Assembly: GCA_965200155.1 (NCBI GenBank)
Contig: CBDATR010000013.1
Coordinates: 1-54,316 of the forward strand
From: Nitrosopumilaceae archaeon
GTDB lineage: Archaea > Thermoproteota > Nitrososphaeria > Nitrososphaerales > Nitrosopumilaceae
Direction of reading: 5' to 3'
Length of the DNA: 54,316 bases
How positions within the stretch are numbered: position 1 is the stretch's first letter; the number at the start of each line of letters is the position of its first letter. A program made the position numbers and the translations under genes. The notes under the pieces were generated by a model. That model searched no databases, was not told where the DNA came from, and saw only the letters and a program-made list of their open reading frames with translations. This document shows, piece by piece, positions 21,431 to 31,888 of this stretch.

Positions 21431-22693
21431 ATGGCCCGAATATATGTAGAGGCACACGGCTGCTCGGCAAGTTATGGCGATTCAGAGATAATATCCGGCA
21501 TCTTGGTAAATGGCGGTCACAGTATATCTGCCACACCTGATCAGTCCGATGCCAGCATCTTGGTCACCTGTTCTGTAAAGGACGCCACGGCAAACAAGAT
21601 GATACATCGCATCAAGTCCCTGGGCGAGAAGCCGCTGGTGGTGGCCGGTTGCATGCCAAAAGCAGAGAGAAAGACCGTGGAAAAGTTCTCGACAAATTCC
21701 AGTCTCATGGGGCCCGGTTCCCTGAACCGTACCCTGGACATGGTAGACTCAGTCCTGGCGGGAACAAGGACAGTGGACCTGACAGATACGGACAAGAGCC
21801 TGGACTTGCCCAGGGTTCGGCTTAATCCGGCCGTCTCCATTATGCAGATAGCCATGGGATGCATGAGTGAGTGTACATTCTGCCAGACAAAACTGGCCAA
21901 GGGTGATCTTGTCAGTTACCGTCCCGGCGATATTGTAAGACAGGTAACCGCGGATGTACGATCCGGGTGCCAGGAGGTATGGCTGAGTAGTACCGATAAC
22001 GGCTGCTATGGCCTGGATATAGGCACGGATCTTCCATACTTGGTGAATGCCATAAGTGATGTGCCATATGACTTTATGATACGGGTGGGCATGATGAACC
22101 CCATGTACATGCCGCGCATACGGGATCGTCTGTGCGATTCATACCGGTCACCCAAGGTGTACAAATTTTTGCACATACCAGTACAGAGCGGGAGCGGCGA
22201 TACCCTGGCGGTTATGCGCCGGGGACACACCGCAGAGACCTTCCGGAATACCGCAGAGACATTCAGATCAAGGTTCCCCGGCATTACAATATCGACTGAT
22301 GTCATAGTGGGATTTCCCTCCGAGAGCGAGGATGACTTTGAGGATACGCTCTCCCTTGTACGGGAGGTGCGACCTGACATGGTGAATATATCCCGGTATG
22401 CCGCGCGACCGGGTACCGAGGCAGCCCGCATGTCACAGATTGAGAAAGATGTGGTGCAGCGTCGCAGTCGTGTATTACATGACATATGTACGGACATGTC
22501 GCTGGAATCAAACCGGCAATGGATAGGGTGGCAGGGAGACGTACTCTTTGCGGAGCGCACCGAGAGGGGGGTGCGTGGCCGTAACTACGCATACAGGCCG
22601 GTACACGTGGACGCGCCAGTAAGTCTGGGCGAGCGCCACAAGGTGAGGGTGATAAGAGCCACTGCTCACGGTCTTGTGGCCGCGCTGTGCTAA
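21431..22693 (+). CDS. tRNA t6A37 methylthiotransferase (archaeal MtaB/MiaB-like radical SAM)
   Basis: UPF0004 N-domain (HGCS, TCSV, AGC), CxxxCxxC, C-terminal TRAM-like region. Confidence 0.88.
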   Translation: MARIYVEAHGCSASYGDSEIISGILVNGGHSISATPDQSDASILVTCSVKDATANKMIHRIKSLGEKPLVVAGCMPKAERKTVEKFSTNSSLMGPGSLNRTLDMVDSVLAGTRTVDLTDTDKSLDLPRVRLNPAVSIMQIAMGCMSECTFCQTKLAKGDLVSYRPGDIVRQVTADVRSGCQEVWLSSTDNGCYGLDIGTDLPYLVNAISDVPYDFMIRVGMMNPMYMPRIRDRLCDSYRSPKVYKFLHIPVQSGSGDTLAVMRRGHTAETFRNTAETFRSRFPGITISTDVIVGFPSESEDDFEDTLSLVREVRPDMVNISRYAARPGTEAARMSQIEKDVVQRRSRVLHDICTDMSLESNRQWIGWQGDVLFAERTERGVRGRNYAYRPVHVDAPVSLGERHKVRVIRATAHGLVAALC

Positions 22694-22748
22694 TTATATA
22701 GTATAACATAATGAGGAAAACTATAAACGGTTTTTGCATTCATAGTTA

Positions 22749-23684
22749 ATGTTGCAACAAAATGAGTCCACACTAATCCTGGGACTGGGCGGTTGCGGTT
22801 CCAGACTGGCTGCGGCCTTGCAGGGTATGATGGGCTGTCATTGCGTTGGGGTCTCCGCGGATTCCATGGATCATATACCCGGACATGACATGATTCATGT
22901 ATCCTGTGGCGTGTTGGTGCCAACAGTGGGGGATATACGGGCAGCAACCCCGGTGGAGAAGATATCCTCTGTGGTATCCGGTTTTGGTCGTATAATTGTG
23001 GTGGCAAACTTGGCAGGGAGATCAGGAATGGCACTGGCGCCAGTAATATTGCGACTATGCCATGCAATGAAGAAGCAGACAGCCACATTTTGCATCATGC
23101 CCTTTCGCTATGAGGCAGATCGCATATTTCCGGCCGGCCTTGCATTCAAGAGGGTTCGGGAGTACTCTGACTATACCACAGTACTAGATAACGACTCCCT
23201 TATGGAGTGCAATCCTGATATGAGTGTGCAGGACTGCTATGTAGCTGGCAATGGTGCCCTGCTATATGTGGCGGCACACATGGAGGGGGGCGTCACTGCC
23301 GGTGAGAATGTAATATCCGCGGGCAGATTCAAAGAAAACATTACCGACTCTGTAATGGATGCCATCAAGATGTTATACGAGACCGCACCCCCCTATACTC
23401 TAAAAAAATCCATCATACACGTTACCGGCAACGTTTCCGCGGGAACAGTGGAGTCTGTATCACAACTGGTTCGGGATATTACCAAGACGCCTACCAGTGT
23501 AATGGTGGACGGCTCCGGTGAGTCCGGTACCATCCTGGTGTCATCGGCCCAGAGTATACCAAAGTTTGATGCCTATGATCCCCTTGGCGTGATACCAGAT
23601 GATAAAATTCTGGACTGGGAGGATCCCGAGTGCAACGCAAATCTGGGTCGCCATACATGTATTGATGATATGGAATTCGGCTGA
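22749..23684 (+). CDS. divergent FtsZ/tubulin-like GTPase (thaumarchaeal type)
   Basis: GLGGCG, MPFRYE and LDND motifs; tubulin signature degenerate (NLAGRSG). Confidence 0.75.
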   Translation: MLQQNESTLILGLGGCGSRLAAALQGMMGCHCVGVSADSMDHIPGHDMIHVSCGVLVPTVGDIRAATPVEKISSVVSGFGRIIVVANLAGRSGMALAPVILRLCHAMKKQTATFCIMPFRYEADRIFPAGLAFKRVREYSDYTTVLDNDSLMECNPDMSVQDCYVAGNGALLYVAAHMEGGVTAGENVISAGRFKENITDSVMDAIKMLYETAPPYTLKKSIIHVTGNVSAGTVESVSQLVRDITKTPTSVMVDGSGESGTILVSSAQSIPKFDAYDPLGVIPDDKILDWEDPECNANLGRHTCIDDMEFG

Positions 23685-25022
23685 TGATACGGATTTGTAT
23701 GAGTTCACGTGTTTTGATCACATAATAAGATAGAATGCATCCCAGTTTTTTAATTATAATTGCATTCTGGCAGCAACCTCGTTCATTACAGAAAGGCCCT
23801 GAGCCCGCCATCTCTGAACACATGTGGACATGCGGCGCATTACACCCTTTATCTGGCCACTAATCTTGCGGAATACCACTGCGTATCAGAACCGGTTCCA
23901 CTGCTCCGCTGGATTGTTGGTGGGCTCCACACTGTCATATTCTAAGAATACGAACATGCATGGTATGGCCTTATTCAATCCTTTTACCTTCTTTTGCAGT
24001 TCAGTATCATCAACATCACAATACTGATGCATCTGCTCCTGCCTCAAATGAGTGTCGTAATTGCGCGGACGGCCCGTAGCGATTCACGTGCGCTCCGGAT
24101 CAAATCGTTGTCAAGTTTGATCCGGGCGTCCTGATCACCGGGATCGATATAGAATCCTGCATGTAATATACTGGTATCGCGCAATCAATGCGCCCAGATG
24201 GTGCTTCCCACCGTCATCAAACCGGCGATACACAACGTACCTGTCTGTGACTATCGCGCCCTGGTAACCGTTCAAGTATTTGCCCACTACATATGAACTC
24301 CTACTTTTGTATATCATCCACTCTTCGGCCCGCATCCCCCATATCCAGCCACGCTTACCCGCCAGTGATATACCAGTTTCGTCCACATGAATGCTGGGTG
24401 ATTTTTTCATAAATTGTTTCATAAATGATTCGCATGCATCGGCGGCCCTGGCAATTATGTTGTTTACCGCACCCACCGATATATTCAGGCCGAAGAGATC
24501 CCTCGAAATTACAGGTACGCGTTTTATTGGAATCTTTTCCGCACGTAACGCAGTGTTGGCACCACATCTCAAAACCACCACTCTCTGGGACGTCCGCTGC
24601 TGGGGCTAGTTGTTTTTTACCGCACATGCAGGAGGCCATCTCTATAACATGAAGGGTCTCCTCTATTCTGGCTGGTATTAATTCTGTTATGCGTCGTTGT
24701 TTCCAACCACTTTTTGTCATTATATTGCTGCACTCACATTGTGGAGTATGCTCAAAGGTGTGGTGCATTACTCTGTCGGGGTTGTGGGAACGGGAAACCC
24801 CCTTGTGTCCCTTTTGCGCGCTAGCCTTTTTGGCTGATTTCGTACTGGCTTCTGTCTGTTGCTTATTATCTCCCTGTTTCCGCTTCTGTTTCCGCTTCTT
24901 GTACTGGAGGAATTGAAGGGATGGTGGCGAGTGAGCATTCTCATAATATTTAAGTCGCGTTGTGATTACCGCAATTTTCCCCTGTTTTTCTTCTAATTTC
25001 TCATTTAATTCGTTTACATAAT

Positions 25023-25495
25023 GTATGAGTTCACGTGTTTTGATCACTAGACCTTATGCGCAGAATCACTTGCCCAACCTTACACGTTTAAACCAAGTTT
25101 ATAGATGCAAATTATTGGTATGAGTTCACGTGTTTTGATCATACGATGAAACTTGATATGACAATATTTGGTTAAATTGTAGTATGAGCAGACGCCGGCC
25201 ATGAGGAACTGGAAATCTCCGGATACCCTTGCGTCTACCAAGAGAGATCTTGCACACTACAAGGAACGTGTAAGAAGCAGACATAACATAGAAAAAATGC
25301 GTTTAGAAATTATGTAAATGAATTGGAAGGAAAACAAGGGAAAATTGCGGTAATCATGGCTCGGCTTATATGAGAATGCTCACTCTCCACCATCCCTCCA
25401 GTACAAGCATGAGGTTGCTATAAGAATGCAGTTATAATTAAAAAAACTCGGATGCATTCTATCATATCATATGATCAAAACACGTGAACTCATAC
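25023..25495. mobile_element. nested insert: IS66 end + IS5 left end + internally deleted IS66 derivative (25118-25495)
   Basis: 8-bp TSD TACATAAT around the whole insert. Confidence 0.85.
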
Positions 25496-25587
25496 TACAT
25501 AATTCCTAATAATTTGGAAATCTTGTGTGAGATTTTGTATTTCTTCTGTGATGCGTGACATATATGTTTCCAATACTCTCACACGTT

Positions 25588-25762
25588 CCTTGTAATGTGC
25601 AAGATCTTTCTCGGTGGCCGCAAGACGTAGGACAAGGCGGCCCATGGCCTCTGCCTTGTAATGTGCAAGTTCTTTCTTGGTAAACGCAAGTATTATGTCT
25701 CCACGTTTTATCTCTCACTCATTCTCCTTGTAATGTGCAAGTTCTTTCTTGGTAGACGCAAG
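25588..25762 (-). repeat. CRISPR-like mini-array in the IS66 transposase 5' region: 3 x 37-bp repeats, 29- and 35-bp spacers
   Basis: Repeats at 25588-25624, 25654-25690 and 25726-25762; spacers unrelated to each other; sister copies have a single unit. Confidence 0.7.
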
Positions 25763-25911
25763 GGTATCCTAAAGAAGCTTATTTTTTAGTTCCAATTCCT
25801 TATAGGACAGGCGTCTTCTCATTAGATTCTTATTGCAAATTTGGTATTTAAGCAAAATATTGTCATACCAATCTATATCTTAGTTAATGATCAAAACACG
25901 TGAACTCATAC

Positions 25912-26180
25912 GAAAAGTTTCCTATCCGGTGCAAAGGTCATAATTCCATACAGGGGTGCGGAATCACTCACTAAAACTGAAAGGAAATACAACCAAACTG
26001 TATCAAAAAGGCGCATATTAATTGAGCATGTAATTCGAATGCTAAAGGTATATCGTAAATTAAGTCAGGTATATGATGGCAGTCGTGAGGAATTCCAGGA
26101 AGATCTCGTAGTATCCGGGTTGCATAATTTACACATTATGCACAAGCATACCAGGTACAAGAAATTTTTGAAAAATATCT
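25912..26180 (+). pseudogene. IS5-family transposase 3' fragment
   Basis: Homologous to ~9415-9685. Confidence 0.85.
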
Positions 26181-26272
26181 GTATGAGTTCACCTGTGTCT
26201 AAATTTACGCACAACTGATCGCGACAGTTAATGTGATTTGTACACAAGATTCCGGAAGACGTGAACTCATAC
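26181..26272 (-). mobile_element. 92-bp MITE
   Basis: Matches the consensus; no TSD. Confidence 0.95.
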
Positions 26273-26650
26273 CGTGATTCTCCATGCATAAATTAGGTAC
26301 AAAAAACTTATACAAGATATTATCGTAGCATGGAATCTATTTTAAAAATACTAAATGTGTTGACAAATTTGTCCAGTATGGCATGTCTGCTTAATTGTGA
26401 TCCACAATTCTAGTATCCGTTCTGTGCCTAAACTGCTATCATTTGCATGCATAGGTGTACTTGTGTTAACTCTGGACGGCTTTGAAAAATTATGCGTAAT
26501 TTGATTAATTTACTAAAATTAGATTTTTATAACGGCGTTATTATCTACTAAACATGAAGAAGTTTAAGCATACAAATGAAGAGTTGGAGCAAGCAAGGCT
26601 TCTAGCTGAAAAGAGTAAAAAATCTCGATAATGTTACACAAGTTTTTTTA

Positions 26651-27021
26651 CTAAATTTTATTTGACCACTTATTCTCTAGGTCGTAATACAGGTTCAATC
26701 TATCCTTCTTTGGATTCATGTCTTGGTTATACATTTTTGTAAAGAATGCAGCTATTATGCGTTCGTTGTCTTTGTTTAGAAATTGTACACTGTAACTGGT
26801 GCGTTGACCCTTCTCTTCCTGTACAAAACGCACGGTAGATACTTTGTCAACACGAATATGCATATGAGCTGGCCCGTCATTGTGCCCAATCGTGATCCAG
26901 TCTTTTTTATGGGACACGACCAAGCCGCTACGTATCTCGGCCACTGCCCCGTCGCTGCGGATTACAAACAATATGTCAGATATGGACTGTAATCTTCTAG
27001 AATATCTACTAGAGTGGACAT
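26651..27021 (-). pseudogene. ChuX/HutX/HemS-like heme-utilisation protein with an apparent 5' frameshift
   Basis: GAVAEI, HMHI, SYSVQF and FFTK motifs; the ATG at 27021 (TAATG overlap) is one base out of frame with the main ORF. Confidence 0.6.
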
Positions 27022-27299
27022 TATGCCATTCCTACCCCGTCTATGTTGATTATATTGTCTGGATCCATGCGAATGCAGTCGGTGCCCACAGACTTTAGTT
27101 TGGTAAAACTAACTGTCCCTGTGGGTATGACTTTCTCTTGCTGTAACTGATGTATTTTTCCGGAGACTATGTGCTTGTGCTCTTCACAGGTCACGCCTAC
27201 CATATACTCATCGGTCTGGTGTTTGACAGAGACTACATGTGTGGGTGGGTTGGGGCATTGCTTCTTGTTTCGCGTTATTGCGCAACGATCTGGAAACAC
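27021..27299 (-). CDS. small Cys/His-rich hypothetical protein
   Basis: C..CPNPP and TCEEH motifs; coupled to the downstream gene. Confidence 0.65.
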   Translation of the reverse strand: MFPDRCAITRNKKQCPNPPTHVVSVKHQTDEYMVGVTCEEHKHIVSGKIHQLQQEKVIPTGTVSFTKLKSVGTDCIRMDPDNIINIDGVGMA

Positions 27300-27466
27300 G
27301 CCCTAACGGCGATAAATGATACTATAAATGTAAGGTAACAGTTAGCTAATTTATTGTAAATGTTTACTGCATGCATACAGTAACGTGTCTAAATTTCCTG
27401 CCGATGAACTCTTTTCTACAATGGTATTATTTATCTGTATTTTCAAGGGGGCGCTGTAAAGAAATC

Positions 27467-27609
27467 GTATGAGTTCACGTCTTCCGGAATATTAGTATGA
27501 GTTCACGTCTTCCGGAATCTTATGCACAAATTACATTAACTGTCGCGATCAGTTGTGCGTAAATTTAGACACAGGTGAACTCATACGAATATTATGCACA
27601 AATCACATT
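27467..27609 (+). mobile_element. MITE nested in a MITE (inner 27495-27586, TSD GAATATTA)
   Basis: Outer MITE resumes after the inner copy and is then cut by IS5. Confidence 0.92.
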
Positions 27610-29061
27610 AGACTTTATGCGCAGAATCACTTGCCCCACCTTACACGTTTAAACCAAGTTTATAGGTGCAAATGATTGGCCTAACACAAACACGTGTGTG
27701 AAATAGAAAAGTTAAGGTCTAATCTTGTGGTATCCAGTATGCTAAAAGTAGAAGAACTCACCAAGGAGCAGTTAATAGCAGAGTACAACCTTCTACGCAC
27801 CGAGTCTGAGGCCGAAGTAACAAACCTGTGTGGAAAAGTTGACAGCTTGTGTGGGGAAATTGACAGTTTACGTGGGAAAAATGACAGCTTGTGTGGAGAA
27901 ATTGACAGTTTACGTGGGAAAAATGACAGCTTGCACGCCAAACTTGAAGCACAAACAAAGAATTCCCTGGTTTCAAATCTTGATGTTGTAATAGAACGCA
28001 AGGATCAGCTGCATTCGCTGACCGGATGCTCTCCGGAAGAGTTTACTTGGATACTGACCAGATTCAAGGAATACGTAGAATCTCTGGAAGGTGATGATGC
28101 ACGACGATTCCTAGAACTTACAAATGATCGTGGACATGTTAACAAATTGTATGAGTTCACGTGTTTTGATCATTCACTAAGATATAGATTGGTATGGCAA
28201 TATTTTACTTAAATACCAAATTTGCAATAAGAATCTAATGAGAAGACGCCGGTCCTATAAGGAATTGGAACTGGAAAATAAACTTCTTCAGGATACCCTT
28301 GCGTCTACCGAGAAAGATCTTGCACATTACAAGGAACGTATGAGAGTATTGGAAGCATATGTGTCCCGCACCATAAAAGAAATACGAAATCTCACACAAG
28401 ATTTCCAAATTATTAGGAATTATGTAAATGAATTGAAAGAGGAATTGGTAGAAAAAGACAGGAAAATTGCGGTATTCACAACGCGACTTAAATATTATGA
28501 GAATGCTCACTCGCCACCATCCCTTCAATCCCTCCAGTACAAGAAGCGAAAACAGGAGGAGCAGAAGCGAAAACAGGGAGATAATAAGCAACAGACAGAA
28601 GCCAGTACTAAATCAGCCAAAAAGGCTGGCGCGCAAAAGGGACACAAGGGGGTTTCTCGTTCCCACAACCCCGGCAGAGTAGTGCATCACACCTTTGAGC
28701 ATACTCCACTATGTGAGTGCGGCAATATGATGACAAAAATTGGTTGGAAACAACGACACATAACGGAATTAATACCCGCCAAAATAGAGGAGACCCTTCA
28801 TGTGATAGAAATGGCTGCATGCAAGTGCGGCAAAAAACAACTGGCCCCAGCAGCTGGCGTCCCAAAGAGTGGTAGTTTTGGGGTTCAATTATGCGGTGCC
28901 ATCACTGCATTGCGTGCGGAAAAGATTCCAATAAAACGCATACCTGTAATTTCGAAGGATCTCTTCGGCCTGAATATATCTGTGGGTGCAGTAAACAACA
29001 TAATTGCCAGGGCCGCCGATGCATGTGAATCATTTATGGAAACAATTCATGAGAATATAAT

Positions 29062-30635
29062 AGACCTTATGCGCATGATTGACAGTAACAGCCCATGTTG
29101 CTTCAAACTGGGGTGTATTTTATGGCACACAATCCGTCAAGCATGAACAATGTGAATGGCACCTGCCAGCACTAACGTATGTCGTGTAGTGGGGTAACCG
29201 GATCTTGATGAAGTATATCGGAAGTGAGCTAAACGGTTGTATGAGTTCACCTGTGTCTAAATTTACGCACAACTGATAGAACCGGTTACCAGTTAATGTG
29301 ATTTGTGCACAAGATTCCGGAAGACATGAACTCATACCATTAATTTAGTGGATTTTCTGATGAGTAATATTCGAATTATAATAACACGGAAATTATGGAC
29401 AGATATTTTTCAAGAATTTCTTGTACCTGGTATGCTTGTGCATAATGTGTAAATTATGCAACCCAGATACTACGAGTAGATCTTCCCGGAATTCCTCACG
29501 ACTGCCATCATATACCTGACTTAATCTACGATATACCTTTAGCATTCGAATTACATTCTCGATTAATATGCGCCTTTTTGATACATATTGGTTGTATTTC
29601 CTTTCAGTTTTAGTGAGTGATTCCCTACCCCTGTATGGAATTATGACCTTTGCGCCGGGTAGGAAGTCTTTCATACCCTGGTATCCTGCATCTGCTATTA
29701 CTGTTATCTTATCGGATGGTGGCGTGGTTGATTCTTTTAGGGACTTGCCCCATTTGCCACCGAGGGGAATATCATTCTTGAATATACCATAATCGTGTCT
29801 TTTTCCCTCATATACTCCACTTACGTGAATTATCAGTCTTTTCTTGTTTGATGTTATCTGTACGTTATACGTGTGGGTTTTTTGTTTACCAGAGTACATT
29901 GCCTCCTGATTTTTTTTAGGACGTTGTACGCGTACATGTGTCCCGTCAGTCTTTATCTCCCCTCCGGCTCGGCCTGGAACAATTTCCTTAAAGTCGGGTG
30001 TTGACTTGATTTGTGATATTGCTTTTGCAACGGTATCGGCCGTTGGGAGTATCTTGATCAGTCCCTGCTTTGTAAACTGGATGTAACGGCATATGTTTGA
30101 CTGGTTTATCTTGAGTATTGCTGCCAGCAGCTCCTGCTTTGTATTGCAGCGCAGGCGTATCAGTGTAACTAAGAGTACATGCCTGACCGGAAATTTGTTC
30201 ACGTGCCCGCGATCATTTGTAAGTTCTAAGAATCGCCGTGCATCATCGCCTTCCAGGGACTCTACGTATTCTGTGAATCTGATTAGTATCCATTTGAACT
30301 CTTCCGGAGTGCATCCGGTCAGGGAATGAAGCTGATCCTTGCGTTCTATGATGTCATCGAGATTTGAAACGAGGGCATTCTTTGTTTGAGCTTCAAGTTT
30401 GGCGTGCAGGTTTGTTACTTCGGCCTCGGACCTGGTGCGTAGCCGGTAGTACTCTGTGACTAACTGCTCCTTGGTGAGTTCTGCTTTTAGCATACCTGGT
30501 ATTACAAAATTAGGTCTTAACTTTTCTGTTTCACACGAGTCTGTGGGAAAACCCATGATACTAGGTCAATTGTTCGTATCTAACAACTTGTTTTAGACGT
30601 GCAGGGTGGGAGAAGTGATTCTGCGCATACGGTCT
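29062..30635 (-). mobile_element. IS5-family element, copy 2, with 3-bp TSD AAT; contains a scarred MITE at 29239-29337
   Basis: Near-identical to 8414-10023. Confidence 0.9.
29393..30556 (-). CDS. IS5-family transposase, open reading frame intact
   Basis: Same DDE motifs as 8493-9692. Confidence 0.88.
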   Translation of the reverse strand: MGFPTDSCETEKLRPNFVIPGMLKAELTKEQLVTEYYRLRTRSEAEVTNLHAKLEAQTKNALVSNLDDIIERKDQLHSLTGCTPEEFKWILIRFTEYVESLEGDDARRFLELTNDRGHVNKFPVRHVLLVTLIRLRCNTKQELLAAILKINQSNICRYIQFTKQGLIKILPTADTVAKAISQIKSTPDFKEIVPGRAGGEIKTDGTHVRVQRPKKNQEAMYSGKQKTHTYNVQITSNKKRLIIHVSGVYEGKRHDYGIFKNDIPLGGKWGKSLKESTTPPSDKITVIADAGYQGMKDFLPGAKVIIPYRGRESLTKTERKYNQYVSKRRILIENVIRMLKVYRRLSQVYDGSREEFREDLLVVSGLHNLHIMHKHTRYKKFLKNICP

Positions 30636-31888
30636 AATAAAATCACCCAGCATACATGTGGACGAAACTGGTATATCACTGGCGGGTAGGCGTGGTTGGG
30701 TATGGGGGATGCGAGCCGAAGAGTGGATGATATACAAAAGTAGGAGTTCAAATGTAGTGAACAAATACCTGAACGGTTACCAGGGAGCGATAGTAACGGA
30801 CAGGTACGTTGTGTACCGCCGGTTTGATGACGGTGGGAAGCACCAGTTGTGTTGGGCGCATTTATTGCGCGATACCCAGGCATTACATGCAGGATTCTAT
30901 ATTGATCCCGGTGCTCAGGACACCCGGATCAAACTTGACAACGACCTGAAAGGATTGTTCCGGAGCGCACGGGAATCCCTGAATCACTGCGGGCCGTCCG
31001 CGCAATTACGACACTCATTTGAGACAGGAGCAGATGCATCAGTACTGTGATGTTGATGATACTGAACTGCAAAAGAAGGTAAAAGGATTGAATAAGGCCA
31101 TACCAGGCATGTTCGTATTCTTAGAATATGACAGTGTAGAGCCCACCAACAATCCAGCGGAGCAGTGGAACCGGTTCTGATACGCAGTGGTATTCCGCAA
31201 GATTAGTGACCAGATAAAAGGTGGTGAAAGGGCCATGCGCCGCATGTCCACATTCGTATCATGTGTTCAGACATGGAGGGCTCAGGGCCTTTCTGTAATG
31301 AACGAGGTTGCTGCCAGAATGCAGTTATAATTAAAAAAACTGGGATGTATTCTATCTTATTATGTGATCAAAACACGTGAACTCATACCATCCGCATGCT
31401 AAAGGTGTACCGTAGATTAAGTCAGGTATATGATGGTAGTCGTGATGAATTCCGGGAAGATCTAATTGTAGTATCCGGATTGCATAACCTGCACATTATG
31501 CAAACCAGATACAAGAAATTCCTGAAAAATATATGTCCATAGGCTTCCATAATACGAATAAGTTTTATGGTAATCATTTATGCCACTCAAGCAATCACAG
31601 CAGGACTTGTAACACACGCTGGGGCTGGTGGGCACCATTTCCACTGGTCAGGACCATCATTCCAATAGTCCTCTGGTTGGACTGTTACGTAACAGTCCCT
31701 TGTTTGTTCATGTTTACCGGATTGTGTCATAAAATACACCCTAATTTGAAGCGACCTAAACAATTACTGTCAATCATGCGCATAAGGTCTATTAAGTTAC
31801 ACCACTTTGTATTTAAACATTACAAGGGAAATCAGGGGAATTATATAGTTAAGTTACGTTTATAAAAGCGAATCAATATCATGACAAT

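Larger units (their letters stand above)
23697..25911 (-). mobile_element. IS66-family (single-ORF, ISBst12-like) element, pseudogenised
   Basis: 24-bp TIR GTATGAGTTCACGTGTTTTGATCA; PPS, QKGHKG, HVDETG, TDRY and PTNN motifs; frameshifts. Confidence 0.9.
28149..31388 (+). mobile_element. IS66-family element interrupted by IS5
   Basis: Both 24-bp TIRs; ORF from 28238 resumes at 30636 with DETG, CWAHLLR and PTNN motifs. Confidence 0.9.
27610..31790 (+). mobile_element. IS5-family copy (disrupted) hosting an IS66 and a second IS5
   Basis: TIRs AGACTTTATGCGCA / TGCGCATAAGGTCT with 3-bp TSD ATT; transposase 5' part 27694-28148, 3' part 31389-31541. Confidence 0.85.

Noticed and set aside
22749-23684. 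Degenerate FtsZ and type 1 IDI as novelties
   Set aside because: Both are already known features of thaumarchaeal genomes.
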